From positions 1-64,000 of IMG/VR virus record IMGVR_UViG_2700989080_000001: 64,000 bases of DNA. One strand, given 5' to 3'. This DNA comes from a virus. Taxonomy: Duplodnaviria > Caudoviricetes. Both the position numbers and the translations under genes were made by a program. Positions 56,801-64,000 of the stretch are shown here, piece by piece (positions within the stretch are counted from its first letter, which is position 1; the number at the start of each line of letters is the position of its first letter). The notes beneath the pieces were generated by a model, which saw only the letters and a program-made list of their open reading frames with translations, was not told the origin of the DNA and ran no database searches.

Positions 56801-57769
56801 TATCACAATGTGGCTGTTCTGGATGTTGCTTCGATGCATCCGAGCAGTATCATCGCGCTCAACCTCTTCGGAGACGAGTACACACCGAAGTTCAAGGACC
56901 TTCTCGACGCGCGCATCGCGATCAAGCACCGGGACTACGACCGGGCCAAGTCGATGCTCGATGGCAAGCTCGCTCCGTACCTCGGCAACGTTGACGACGC
57001 AGTTGCACTCTCATATGCACTGAAGATTGTCATCAACATCGTCTACGGTCTGACGAGCGCAAAGTTCGACAACCCGTTCCGCGATGTTCGGAACAAGGAC
57101 AACATCGTCGCCAAGCGTGGCGCACTCTTCATGATCGACCTGAAGCACTTCGTTCAGGAGAAGGGTTTCGATGTTGCTCACATCAAGACCGACTCGATCA
57201 AGATTCCGGACGCAACTCCCGAGATCATCGAGCAGGTCACGGAATTCGGCAAGAAGTATGGATACGACTTCGAACACGAGGCTACGTACGACAGCTTCTG
57301 CTTGGTGAACGATGCAGTCTATATTGCGCGTAAGGGCGATAAGTGGGATGCAGTCGGGGCACAGTTCCAACATCCGTACGTCTACAAGACGCTCTTCACT
57401 CAGGAAGAGATCACGTTCGACGACCTGTGCGAGACGAAGCAGGTCAGCCAGGGGTCCATCCACTTGGACCTCGATCACGGACGTGCGGCTGGTTTGACCA
57501 ACATCGAGGATCTCCAGTTCATCGGTCGCATCGGACGGTTCGTCCCTGTGAACGCGGATGTTCAGGGTTCTGCCGTTCTCTACCGAGTCAAGGACGGCAA
57601 GCAGTACGCAGTCACTGGCACCAAGGGATATTTCTGGGTCGACGCTCGAATGGCCGAGGGTCTGACCAAGGACGAGATCGACTACACCTACTTCGACACT
57701 CTTGTCGAGAAGGCTCGTGACACCATTGAGTTCTACGGTCCGTTCGTGGACCTGTTCCCGAAGAACTGA
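53882..57769 (+). CDS. DNA helicase (SF3)-primase-polymerase fusion
   Basis: Walker A GPAGTGKS; prim-pol VIDFD...SKSGNGVHLHY; exonuclease FFDIEVY, GYNNRRYD, YCCND; PolB-type DVASMHPS, K..INIVYG, KTDS. Confidence 0.88.
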   Translation: MVDFYTIGVRTIEKGPRKGMTELFPDLRVGRSKDLMVRGRSFYAIWDETAGLWSTDEYDVQRLMDAELEAEADRIEKKGDPRPSIKTMSSFGSNSWSQFRKYLQNISDNSHQLDEKMAWADTEVKKTDYVSKRLPYCLAPGDYSAWDELVGTLYNVEERAKIEWAIGAIVSGDAKRIQKFLVLYGPAGTGKSTVLNVIQQMFEGYTTTFEAKALGMSSGAFATEVFKNNPLVAIQHDGDLSRIEDNTRLNSIISHEEMTMNEKYKPSYTARVNAFLFMGTNNPVKISDAKSGIIRRLIDVHPTGIKIPPNRYNTLIQKVDFELGAIAHHCLEVYRSMGKNYYNSYRPLEMMLQTDVFFNYIEAHFDIFKEQDSVSLKQAYALYKEFCDDTGIDKVLPQYKFREELRNYFDEFKERGVVNGQTVRSIYSGFNANKFKTPLGEDKQVFKLVLDESVSLLDDILKDQPAQMGRIGPDGGEIPEKYWTDDERLINGEMKKPKPSQVCSTTLKDLDTSKVHFVKVPANHIVIDFDLKDDKGEKSLERSLEAASNWPATYAELSKSGNGVHLHYDYTGEDVTQLSPIYSEDIEVKVYTGNGSLRRRVIRCNNVPVAPISSGLPLKEKKVHSAQTIQSERSLRDLVERNLRKEIHPGTKPSIDFIHKILADAHKDGMTYDLTDMRPRILAFANNSSNQAMACLKTVQSMKWKSDDSPERAIGPQDDIRQPATTQAASPAVSDRKDERIAFFDIEVYPNLFLVCWKFEGDATMVKMINPKPADIEQLFKLKLVGYNNRRYDNHILYAAFMGFTTEAIYQQSQKLINNERSALFGEAYNISYADIYDFSSKKQSLKKFMIELGITHQEMDIPWDQPVPDELVEKVIEYCCNDVNATEAVFEARKQDFVARQVLAELSGLPVNNTTQAHTAKIIFGNDRQAQKKFVYTDLSEEFPGYKFDMGKSEYRGEDPSEGGYVYAEPGLYHNVAVLDVASMHPSSIIALNLFGDEYTPKFKDLLDARIAIKHRDYDRAKSMLDGKLAPYLGNVDDAVALSYALKIVINIVYGLTSAKFDNPFRDVRNKDNIVAKRGALFMIDLKHFVQEKGFDVAHIKTDSIKIPDATPEIIEQVTEFGKKYGYDFEHEATYDSFCLVNDAVYIARKGDKWDAVGAQFQHPYVYKTLFTQEEITFDDLCETKQVSQGSIHLDLDHGRAAGLTNIEDLQFIGRIGRFVPVNADVQGSAVLYRVKDGKQYAVTGTKGYFWVDARMAEGLTKDEIDYTYFDTLVEKARDTIEFYGPFVDLFPKN

Positions 57770-57776
57770 GGCACAG

Positions 57777-58157
57777 ATGACTGAGACACAGAACGAGGCA
57801 ACGCCGAAGCCGATGACGACAGATGTGCTCATGGCATATTTGTACAACGTCGTCGATCAGCATCCGGTCGATGAACAGTTTGTCATGGTTGGGGATGACG
57901 ACTTGATCGTCTCGATGAACCTCAAGAACCGAAAGGTGACTCTCCTGAGTGACAAGTTGCTCATGGAGGGCGAGGTGGCCAAGGCACCTGTGACGACCAC
58001 CATGCTCATGCGATATTTGGAGCTGGCTACCGGTGGGCTGTTTCATCAGGTCTTGAACGAACCGGTCATGATCGGTACGGACGAGCTCGTTCATGCGGAT
58101 ATTGTCGACAACCGAGTCGTGCTTCAGACGGCTCACGACTATCTCGCAGCGCAGTGA
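57777..58157 (+). CDS. Hypothetical protein, paralog of 58350
   Basis: KPMTTDVLMAYL, TGGLF..V...PVMIG, VDNRV shared. Confidence 0.55.
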   Translation: MTETQNEATPKPMTTDVLMAYLYNVVDQHPVDEQFVMVGDDDLIVSMNLKNRKVTLLSDKLLMEGEVAKAPVTTTMLMRYLELATGGLFHQVLNEPVMIGTDELVHADIVDNRVVLQTAHDYLAAQ

Positions 58158-58162
58158 GGCTC

Positions 58163-58312
58163 ATGAAGGTGGACGAACTCAAGTCATTTCTGGGGACGGC
58201 CATCGACACCAACGAGAACGACGACCTGTCAATCCGAGTTAACGGGAAAGCTGTCACCAGTGCATACGACATGGGTGATGGTAAGACCGTTCTCGTGATG
58301 GACAGTGTCTAA
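58163..58312 (+). CDS. 49-aa hypothetical protein
   Basis: MKVDELKSFLG...; fills gap. Confidence 0.4.
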   Translation: MKVDELKSFLGTAIDTNENDDLSIRVNGKAVTSAYDMGDGKTVLVMDSV

Positions 58313-58349
58313 ATTATTCTGTCAACACAGACAAATGTGAGGTATAGGT

Positions 58350-59084
58350 ATGACTGAGATGAAGAACGACACACCCGCCATGACGGCCGATGTTCTCCAC
58401 GCATATTTGCGGGACATCGCGGATCGTCACGAGATCGAAGACAAGCCGATTCTGGTCAACGGACGCAAGGTCGTCGAGGTTGGTCTCCACACCGAAACGG
58501 TTCGAGGCGACTTCGGACACTCCGATCGTAAGTACGTCGAGGTTATCACCAACGAGAAGCGGAATCCTATCGATGCTTCGATGGTGGATGAGTTCCTCGA
58601 AACGTTCAACGACGAGATCGCCGATCTTCCGGTAATTGTCGACGGCTTTCCGCTCTACAAGACCGCTGTCGAAGACGGGTGTGTCGTTCTTCATCAACTG
58701 CCTCACCCTCCCAAGCCGATGACGGCCGAGATCCTCAAGGGATATTTGGACTCGATCATCAAACAGGATCCTGCTGTCGAGACAGAGTTGGTTCTGATCG
58801 GCAGCCCTTCGCACATCAACGACGCTCGACCCATAAACGACTACGGACTTCGCAACGGAATCATCTATCTGGGACACTCGGAGACGCCCACACGAGAGAC
58901 CCTTCGAACCATAGATCTTCGGCAATATTTGTCGATGACGAGCGGTGGGCTCTTCCGCCCAGTCTATGAGCGCCCTGTGATGATCGGTGATCAGGAAGTC
59001 GTCAACGTCACCGTGGTCGACAACCGAGTCATACTCATGACCTTCAACGACATGCTCAAGTCCGAAGACTTCTTCCGACGGTAG
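58350..59084 (+). CDS. Repeat-containing hypothetical protein
   Basis: Internal MTADVLHAYL / MTAEILKGYL repeats. Confidence 0.55.
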   Translation: MTEMKNDTPAMTADVLHAYLRDIADRHEIEDKPILVNGRKVVEVGLHTETVRGDFGHSDRKYVEVITNEKRNPIDASMVDEFLETFNDEIADLPVIVDGFPLYKTAVEDGCVVLHQLPHPPKPMTAEILKGYLDSIIKQDPAVETELVLIGSPSHINDARPINDYGLRNGIIYLGHSETPTRETLRTIDLRQYLSMTSGGLFRPVYERPVMIGDQEVVNVTVVDNRVILMTFNDMLKSEDFFRR

Positions 59085-59209
59085 AAAGTGAACTACATGC
59101 CTATATTCTATGCGCCATTCGCGCACATGGCCCTTCCCTCAGCCGATCCGACTGCTAAGTACGAGCGGGTTCGTCAGCTGATGGCATATTTGATGAACTG
59201 GGGTAACGC

Positions 59210-59797
59210 ATGACCGACGGACGTCCGAGCTGGGACGAGTACGGCATGAAGTTGGCTGTACATGCGGCGGAACGAGCAGACTGCACGAGACGACAGGTCG
59301 GCGCCGTTCTCATGGCAGCCGATCGCTCGATCATATCCTCTGGTTACAACGGAGGCCCGTCAAAGGGTAAGTCCTGCCTCAAGGGCGAGTGTCCTCGTGG
59401 CCGGCTGACTCACGCAGAGCTTCCTGCCGACAGCGCTTACGACACGGGCGGCGGCACTTGTGTTGCGCTCCATGCTGAGTGGAACGTATTGCTACGGACG
59501 GCTTGGCATCAGTTCGAGGGTTCGACACTCTACATCACCGAAGAGCCGTGCCATATTTGCAAGGTCATGATCTCCGGCACTGCAATCCATCGAGTGGTGG
59601 CGCCTGGCTATGAGTGGGTTCGTGACTACAACGGTCGAACCAAGACCGAACGCAAGTGGGTGGTCAAGAAAGAGGATCTTGAGTACGAGCCCGATTCTTT
59701 GGGTCTCGTGAGCGATATTCAGCGCGCCCAACATCAGGCCCTCTTCAATGGAACCTTTCCCGACAACGAAATCGATCGCTATCCCAACCGTCGCTGA
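59210..59797 (+). CDS. dCMP deaminase
   Basis: CTRRQVGA, GYNG, HAE, PCHIC. Confidence 0.88.
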   Translation: MTDGRPSWDEYGMKLAVHAAERADCTRRQVGAVLMAADRSIISSGYNGGPSKGKSCLKGECPRGRLTHAELPADSAYDTGGGTCVALHAEWNVLLRTAWHQFEGSTLYITEEPCHICKVMISGTAIHRVVAPGYEWVRDYNGRTKTERKWVVKKEDLEYEPDSLGLVSDIQRAQHQALFNGTFPDNEIDRYPNRR

Positions 59798-59836
59798 CCA
59801 CCAACTATATTCACAGAACAAAGGGTAACAAAGAAC

Positions 59837-60418
59837 ATGGCTATCGAAAACGGACAGCTTCTCGTCGAGAACGCTCAGATCATCTTCCGCAACTTCGCCG
59901 GCAAGGAAGGCATGTACAACGCAGAGGGTGATCGAAACTTCTGCCTCCTTCTCGAGCCGGAGCTCGCGGAAGCACTCATGCGGGATGGTTGGAACGTCAA
60001 GCATCTCAAGGCCCGGGAAGAGGGCGACGAGCCGCAGGCTTATATTCAGGTCTCGATCAAGTACCGCGGTCGCAACGGCAATGCTGTTCGTCCGCCGTCG
60101 ATCGTGATGATCACCTCCAAGGGCCGTAGCAATCTCGACGAAGACATGTGCGAGATGATCGACTGGGTGGACATCGCTAATGTCGACCTGATCGTTCGCC
60201 CGTTCGAGTGGTCGGTGAACGGGAAGTCCGGCATCAAGGCATATTTGAAGGCCATCTACGTCACCATCCAGGAAGACGCGCTGGCTCTCAAGTACCAGGA
60301 TCTCCCCGAGATCGGAGCCAATGGTGCGCTGGCGATCGAATCCGGCGAGCAGAACGACTACATCGAGGGTGAGGTTGTAGACATCCACGATGACGACACA
60401 TTGGCAATCGAGGGGTGA
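59837..60418 (+). CDS. Single-stranded DNA-binding protein (putative)
   Basis: IIFRNFAG...G.RNF...GIKAYL; acidic tail; near polymerase. Confidence 0.65.
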   Translation: MAIENGQLLVENAQIIFRNFAGKEGMYNAEGDRNFCLLLEPELAEALMRDGWNVKHLKAREEGDEPQAYIQVSIKYRGRNGNAVRPPSIVMITSKGRSNLDEDMCEMIDWVDIANVDLIVRPFEWSVNGKSGIKAYLKAIYVTIQEDALALKYQDLPEIGANGALAIESGEQNDYIEGEVVDIHDDDTLAIEG

Positions 60419-60738
60419 CCTTCGACAAGGTGATTGATCCGGCCATATTCTCAGGGCGTCGCAACCCTGGGAATGTGGTGCCGGCCATCCCCGACGGGTT
60501 GGTTCTGGCGACGGAGCTTCCACGAGGATTCAAGCCGCCGCGACTTCGACTGGAGTTCGACAGCGGTAAGAGTCGCTATGGAATCGCGCTATATTTGAGC
60601 GATGAACAACAGCGAAACCTAGCGTATCTCAATCTGGACAGCATGGCTTTGCGTTATGCCGTTGGTCAGATGGCTAACTACGTAGGGACGCCCGAGCTCA
60701 TCGACTTCCATCGCGACGTGTGTTTCTGGACACCCTGA
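60415..60738 (+). CDS. Hypothetical protein
   Basis: GTGA overlap with SSB. Confidence 0.45.
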   Translation: MTFDKVIDPAIFSGRRNPGNVVPAIPDGLVLATELPRGFKPPRLRLEFDSGKSRYGIALYLSDEQQRNLAYLNLDSMALRYAVGQMANYVGTPELIDFHRDVCFWTP

Positions 60739-60765
60739 TCTATCAAAAGACTGTGAGACTGCATT

Positions 60766-61053
60766 ATGAGTGACAAGAATCAGCAGCGACCGAACAAGCT
60801 ATATTTCGAGACTGTCAAGGAAGGGGTTTCTGAGGGTCAGTACTACTGGGTCCTCAAGTCGCCCAACGGCAAGATCATCGGTTCGTCCCACTACAACTAC
60901 AAGACGTTGGATTCCGCGATCAACAACTGCATTGCGATTCTCAACATCGCCCTTGTGGCTTCGGACCGCATCTCGATCGAGACCGATCAGGAAACTCGAG
61001 AGAAGATCGTCAAGCAGTGCCGAGACAAGTTCGACATCGAATGGGCTGCCTGA
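60766..61053 (+). CDS. DUF1508/YegP-like protein
   Basis: NKLYF...YYWVLKSPNGKIIGSS...Y...SAINN. Confidence 0.55.
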   Translation: MSDKNQQRPNKLYFETVKEGVSEGQYYWVLKSPNGKIIGSSHYNYKTLDSAINNCIAILNIALVASDRISIETDQETREKIVKQCRDKFDIEWAA

Positions 61054-61080
61054 GCAGCTCACGACTATTAAGGAAGACGC

Positions 61081-61374
61081 ATGCCTGCAGCAAAGACCAC
61101 TCGTCTGAACAAGCTATATTTCGAACCCATCGCCATCCATTCAGAAGAGATCAAGAATCTGAAGCCTGGCGTCAACAAGATTCGATGGGAATGGAATCTC
61201 CGAGGAACCAACGGCCATGTCATCGGAGCCTCGCACATCAGCTTCGCCACCAAGCTCGCAGCCGTGAAGAACTGTCTCTCGGTCATGGGCACGGAAGCAT
61301 TCTCTGAGGGACGTGTGAATGTCGTGAGTCCAGAGATGCACACAATGATCCTGGACGAGATCGCCAAGCTGTAA
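61081..61374 (+). CDS. DUF1508-like paralog
   Basis: NKLYF...WEWNLRGTNGHVIGAS. Confidence 0.55.
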   Translation: MPAAKTTRLNKLYFEPIAIHSEEIKNLKPGVNKIRWEWNLRGTNGHVIGASHISFATKLAAVKNCLSVMGTEAFSEGRVNVVSPEMHTMILDEIAKL

Positions 61375-61469
61375 CACCGTCTCACTCCGTGTGGCCATCG
61401 GAGCATTTGGGCTATATTCTCAAGCGCTTCGGTGGCCACACTGCTGTCTCAACCAAACCTAACGAAGGA

Positions 61470-61685
61470 ATGACCGTGAGCGATGGAGCCATTGTGGTTC
61501 TCCTGATTGTTGTGTACTACCACTTGATGGCTCTGTCTCTCATCTATAGCGACCGACTGATCAAACTGCTTCCTCGCAAGTTGGAAGAGTTCTTGACGAA
61601 GTGGTTCCTCAAACTCGCCGCTATATTCAACAAACTATTCACACGGATTGAAGGGGTTAAACTAAAGTGGAAGAGCAGACTATGA
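61470..61685 (+). CDS. Membrane protein
   Basis: GAAGGA RBS; AIVVLLIVVYY. Confidence 0.45.
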   Translation: MTVSDGAIVVLLIVVYYHLMALSLIYSDRLIKLLPRKLEEFLTKWFLKLAAIFNKLFTRIEGVKLKWKSRL

Positions 61686-62455
61686 TCTCCGATCCTTGCC
61701 GACCCGAGCAGCCGAACGAGCTATATTTCGTTACGGACCGCTTCCCTCGCCAGCATCGCTACTACTGGATCCTCCAGACGCACGAAGGTTCAGTTATCGG
61801 CACGTCCAACGAGACGTACGTCGACAAGGCTTCCGCAATGCGTAATGCGATCACACTCTTCGGCAAGGAGATCTTGGCCGGCTACCACCATATTGTGGAT
61901 GACGGCGAGCGCGAGCAGCTTCAGGAAGAGATGTGGAAGGCAGAGAAGCACAACCATATTTCACGTGAGGTGAAGTTGGATGGAACCTGCCCCTCTTGTC
62001 TGTACGTCATTGCGACGTCGAACGAAGACGAGAAGCGGAGCTACCTCATCGCCAACGCTCGCCCGAAGCGTCTGATCTTCAACCACGTACCCAAGCATTC
62101 CGGTGTCGAATATTTCTGGCGCCTCAACAACTACGACGGCGACTACTTGGATTCGTCTCGGATGCCCTTCACTTCGTTGAGTTCCGCGATCAACAACAGC
62201 ATCTCGCGCTTCGGAGCTGACCTTCTGAACGAGCTCAAGATCATCATCGATGCAGAGCCCGATATTTGCAAGGAAGTCCTCAACGGAGCTCGTTGCATGT
62301 TCCCGAACGCCGGACGGGAGCTTTCTGAGTTGACGTTGGAGCAGGCCCAGCAGGTCTACAACCAAGAGCGCGCTTTCAACAAGATTCTGACAGGTGAAGT
62401 CTCTGTTACAGCAAACACCGGCCCCGATCGCTCTTCTGTCACGTCGGAGGACTAA
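61667..62455 (+). CDS. Tandem DUF1508-like domain protein
   Basis: NELYF...YYWILQTHEGSVIGTS and RLIF...YFWRLNNYDG. Confidence 0.55.
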   Translation: MEEQTMISDPCRPEQPNELYFVTDRFPRQHRYYWILQTHEGSVIGTSNETYVDKASAMRNAITLFGKEILAGYHHIVDDGEREQLQEEMWKAEKHNHISREVKLDGTCPSCLYVIATSNEDEKRSYLIANARPKRLIFNHVPKHSGVEYFWRLNNYDGDYLDSSRMPFTSLSSAINNSISRFGADLLNELKIIIDAEPDICKEVLNGARCMFPNAGRELSELTLEQAQQVYNQERAFNKILTGEVSVTANTGPDRSSVTSED

Positions 62456-62458
62456 TCA

Positions 62459-62719
62459 GTGACCAACACCCTATATTTCGACAGTATCAAGTTCCCCCGC
62501 CTGGAAGAGATGCACTTCTGGGTACTCAAGAATCCCGCCGGAACAGTCATCGCTTCCGAACACAATAGCACTTCGACTCGTGAAGAGACGATCGTGAATT
62601 GCGTGGAAGTCTTCGGCAGTCAGCTTCTCAATCCGAAGTTCGTCAAGATCTTCGACCCTAGCGTTCGAGACGAGCTCATCAAGGAGTACCGTCGCATCTT
62701 CAACAAGGAGCAGTCGTGA
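62459..62719 (+). CDS. DUF1508-like paralog
   Basis: NTLYF...FWVLKNPAGTVIAS. Confidence 0.55.
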   Translation: MTNTLYFDSIKFPRLEEMHFWVLKNPAGTVIASEHNSTSTREETIVNCVEVFGSQLLNPKFVKIFDPSVRDELIKEYRRIFNKEQS

Positions 62720-63015
62720 CTGACACGCTATATCTCAAAGAGGTCTTCGTCGGCGATACCCATCAGTTCGCATGGCTCTACGCAACCAATACGATGAATG
62801 CCGAATCGACACCGTTCCCGACCGAAGACGAGATGATCACCCATGTCGTCGGAGTCTTTCGCGACGAACTCTTCGATGAGAACAAACTCGTTGTCGAAGC
62901 GACCGAGGAGCAGCGAGAGAAGCTTGCAGTCGAGTACCAGAAGCAGTTCGGAGTCGTCGATATTCCCGTCGATCCTCCAGTAGAGGATGAAGTCCCCACT
63001 GTCGAACCAACCTAA
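62716..63015 (+). CDS. Divergent DUF1508-like paralog
   Basis: DTLYL...FAWL...VF..ELF. Confidence 0.45.
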   Translation: MTDTLYLKEVFVGDTHQFAWLYATNTMNAESTPFPTEDEMITHVVGVFRDELFDENKLVVEATEEQREKLAVEYQKQFGVVDIPVDPPVEDEVPTVEPT

Positions 63016-63027
63016 GGAGATCGTTGC

Positions 63028-63312
63028 ATGATGGCTATCAGACCGCGTCACCCGGACAAGCTATATTTCGAGTCGATGTCGGTAGAAGACATCATGCACT
63101 ATCGCTGGGTTCTCAAGTCGACCCACAACGAGGACGAGCTCCCGCTTGTCACTACACCGTTCGCCTACACCTCCAAAGAATCCGCCATCCACAATGGTGT
63201 TGTTCTTTTCGGATGCCTGATCGACAAGGGCATCATCGACGTAGCAGACGACCATATTCGAGAAGAACTACTTGAGGTCTGTCGTCTCAATCCCGAACTA
63301 ACGAAAGGTTGA
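63028..63312 (+). CDS. DUF1508-like paralog
   Basis: DKLYF...YRWVLKS...Y.SKESAIHN. Confidence 0.55.
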   Translation: MMAIRPRHPDKLYFESMSVEDIMHYRWVLKSTHNEDELPLVTTPFAYTSKESAIHNGVVLFGCLIDKGIIDVADDHIREELLEVCRLNPELTKG

Positions 63313-63316
63313 CCCT

Positions 63317-63877
63317 ATGTGGTGGTCTGTGATCCTGGCCGTGATTGGTGTGGCCGGTCTATATTTGACAACGCAGAAGAACGTGCTCGGATTCGCAATC
63401 GGCTTCAGTGTACAGATCCTCTGGATCATCTACGCTGTGGTAACTGGTCAGTACGGATTCATCCTCAGCGCTGTGGCATACGCGGTAGTCAATGTCATCG
63501 GTCTGCGTAAGTGGACCAAGGATTCCGAAATCGAGAAGGCTAAGGACGACGGTCCGAACTTCCTATATTTCACGGGAATCAACCCAGAGTACCCTCCGCA
63601 CTACTGGGAGCTCAAGACCTCATACGGGCTCGTTGTTCAGCGTAGCATGAGCTATCGGGACGAGATGAGTGCGATTCGGAATGCAGTTCAGTACTTCGGC
63701 GAAACTCTGTTCAACCCCAACGTGATCGTCATCGACACGAGCCCGGATATTCTCGCCAAGGTGAGGCGTGAGTTGGCGAACAAGCTGGCGTCAGAGCGAA
63801 AGGCGTGCCCCTTCGAGGAACTACCGGGTCGTCGAATCCACCAATACCGACCGGCCAACTGGGTCACGGGAGACTAA
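63317..63877 (+). CDS. PnuC-like membrane domain fused to a DUF1508-like domain
   Basis: Three TMs with QILWIIYA...QYG...G.RKW, then NFLYF...YWELKTSYG. Confidence 0.55.
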   Translation: MWWSVILAVIGVAGLYLTTQKNVLGFAIGFSVQILWIIYAVVTGQYGFILSAVAYAVVNVIGLRKWTKDSEIEKAKDDGPNFLYFTGINPEYPPHYWELKTSYGLVVQRSMSYRDEMSAIRNAVQYFGETLFNPNVIVIDTSPDILAKVRRELANKLASERKACPFEELPGRRIHQYRPANWVTGD

Positions 63878-63883
63878 CAAACA

Positions 63884-64000
63884 ATGATCCTCATCGACAT
63901 TCTGTTACTGACGTTATGGTTGTACGGCTTATATTTAGCCAGCCAGAAGCTGAAGTTCGGGTATGTGTTGACCGTCCTCGTGCCGATTGCGTGGAGCGTC
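63884..64000 (+). CDS. Membrane protein, PnuC-like paralog, truncated by window end
   Basis: MILIDILL...GLYLASQK resembles GLYLTTQK of 63317. Confidence 0.45.
   Translation, partial: MILIDILLLTLWLYGLYLASQKLKFGYVLTVLVPIAWSV

Noticed and set aside
48906-59797. Modified-base biosynthesis pathway (MazG-like + dCMP deaminase)
   Set aside because: No PurZ, queuosine, hydroxymethylase or glycosyltransferase genes seen in this window; ordinary nucleotide-pool functions suffice.
1-64000. Temperate lifestyle or prophage boundaries
   Set aside because: No integrase, repressor, att-like site or host genes visible; the window may not include the whole genome, so lifestyle is unresolved.

Overview
About 64 kb of a siphovirus infecting a mycolate-containing actinobacterium (a Rhodococcus/Gordonia-type host is inferred from lysin A plus a lysin B-like esterase). 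Essentially all plausible genes are on the + strand, and no integrase or repressor is visible. Left arm: six receptor-binding/depolymerase-like genes sharing an Mtd-type N-terminal module, HNH nuclease, lysin/holin, terminase, seven genes carrying an (L/M)xHYG(V/I)KGMKWG tag, portal, protease-scaffold-capsid fusion, tail genes and tape measure. Right arm: twelve copies of a conserved promoter-like block driving small-gene or ncRNA cassettes, conserved hypothetical genes, a helicase-primase-polymerase fusion, dCMP deaminase, SSB and a DUF1508-like paralog array. The most notable find is a structured non-coding element at 50133-50251. Its exposed loop is the reverse complement of the leader/Shine-Dalgarno shared by nine cassettes, and the leader variants in those nine copies are G.U-compatible, suggesting a one-to-many antisense regulator of an early regulon. 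The same promoters also drive a tRNA-like RNA whose anticodon loop is replaced by a GCAA tetraloop, and a second structured RNA. All calls come from reading the sequence by eye; no searches were run.
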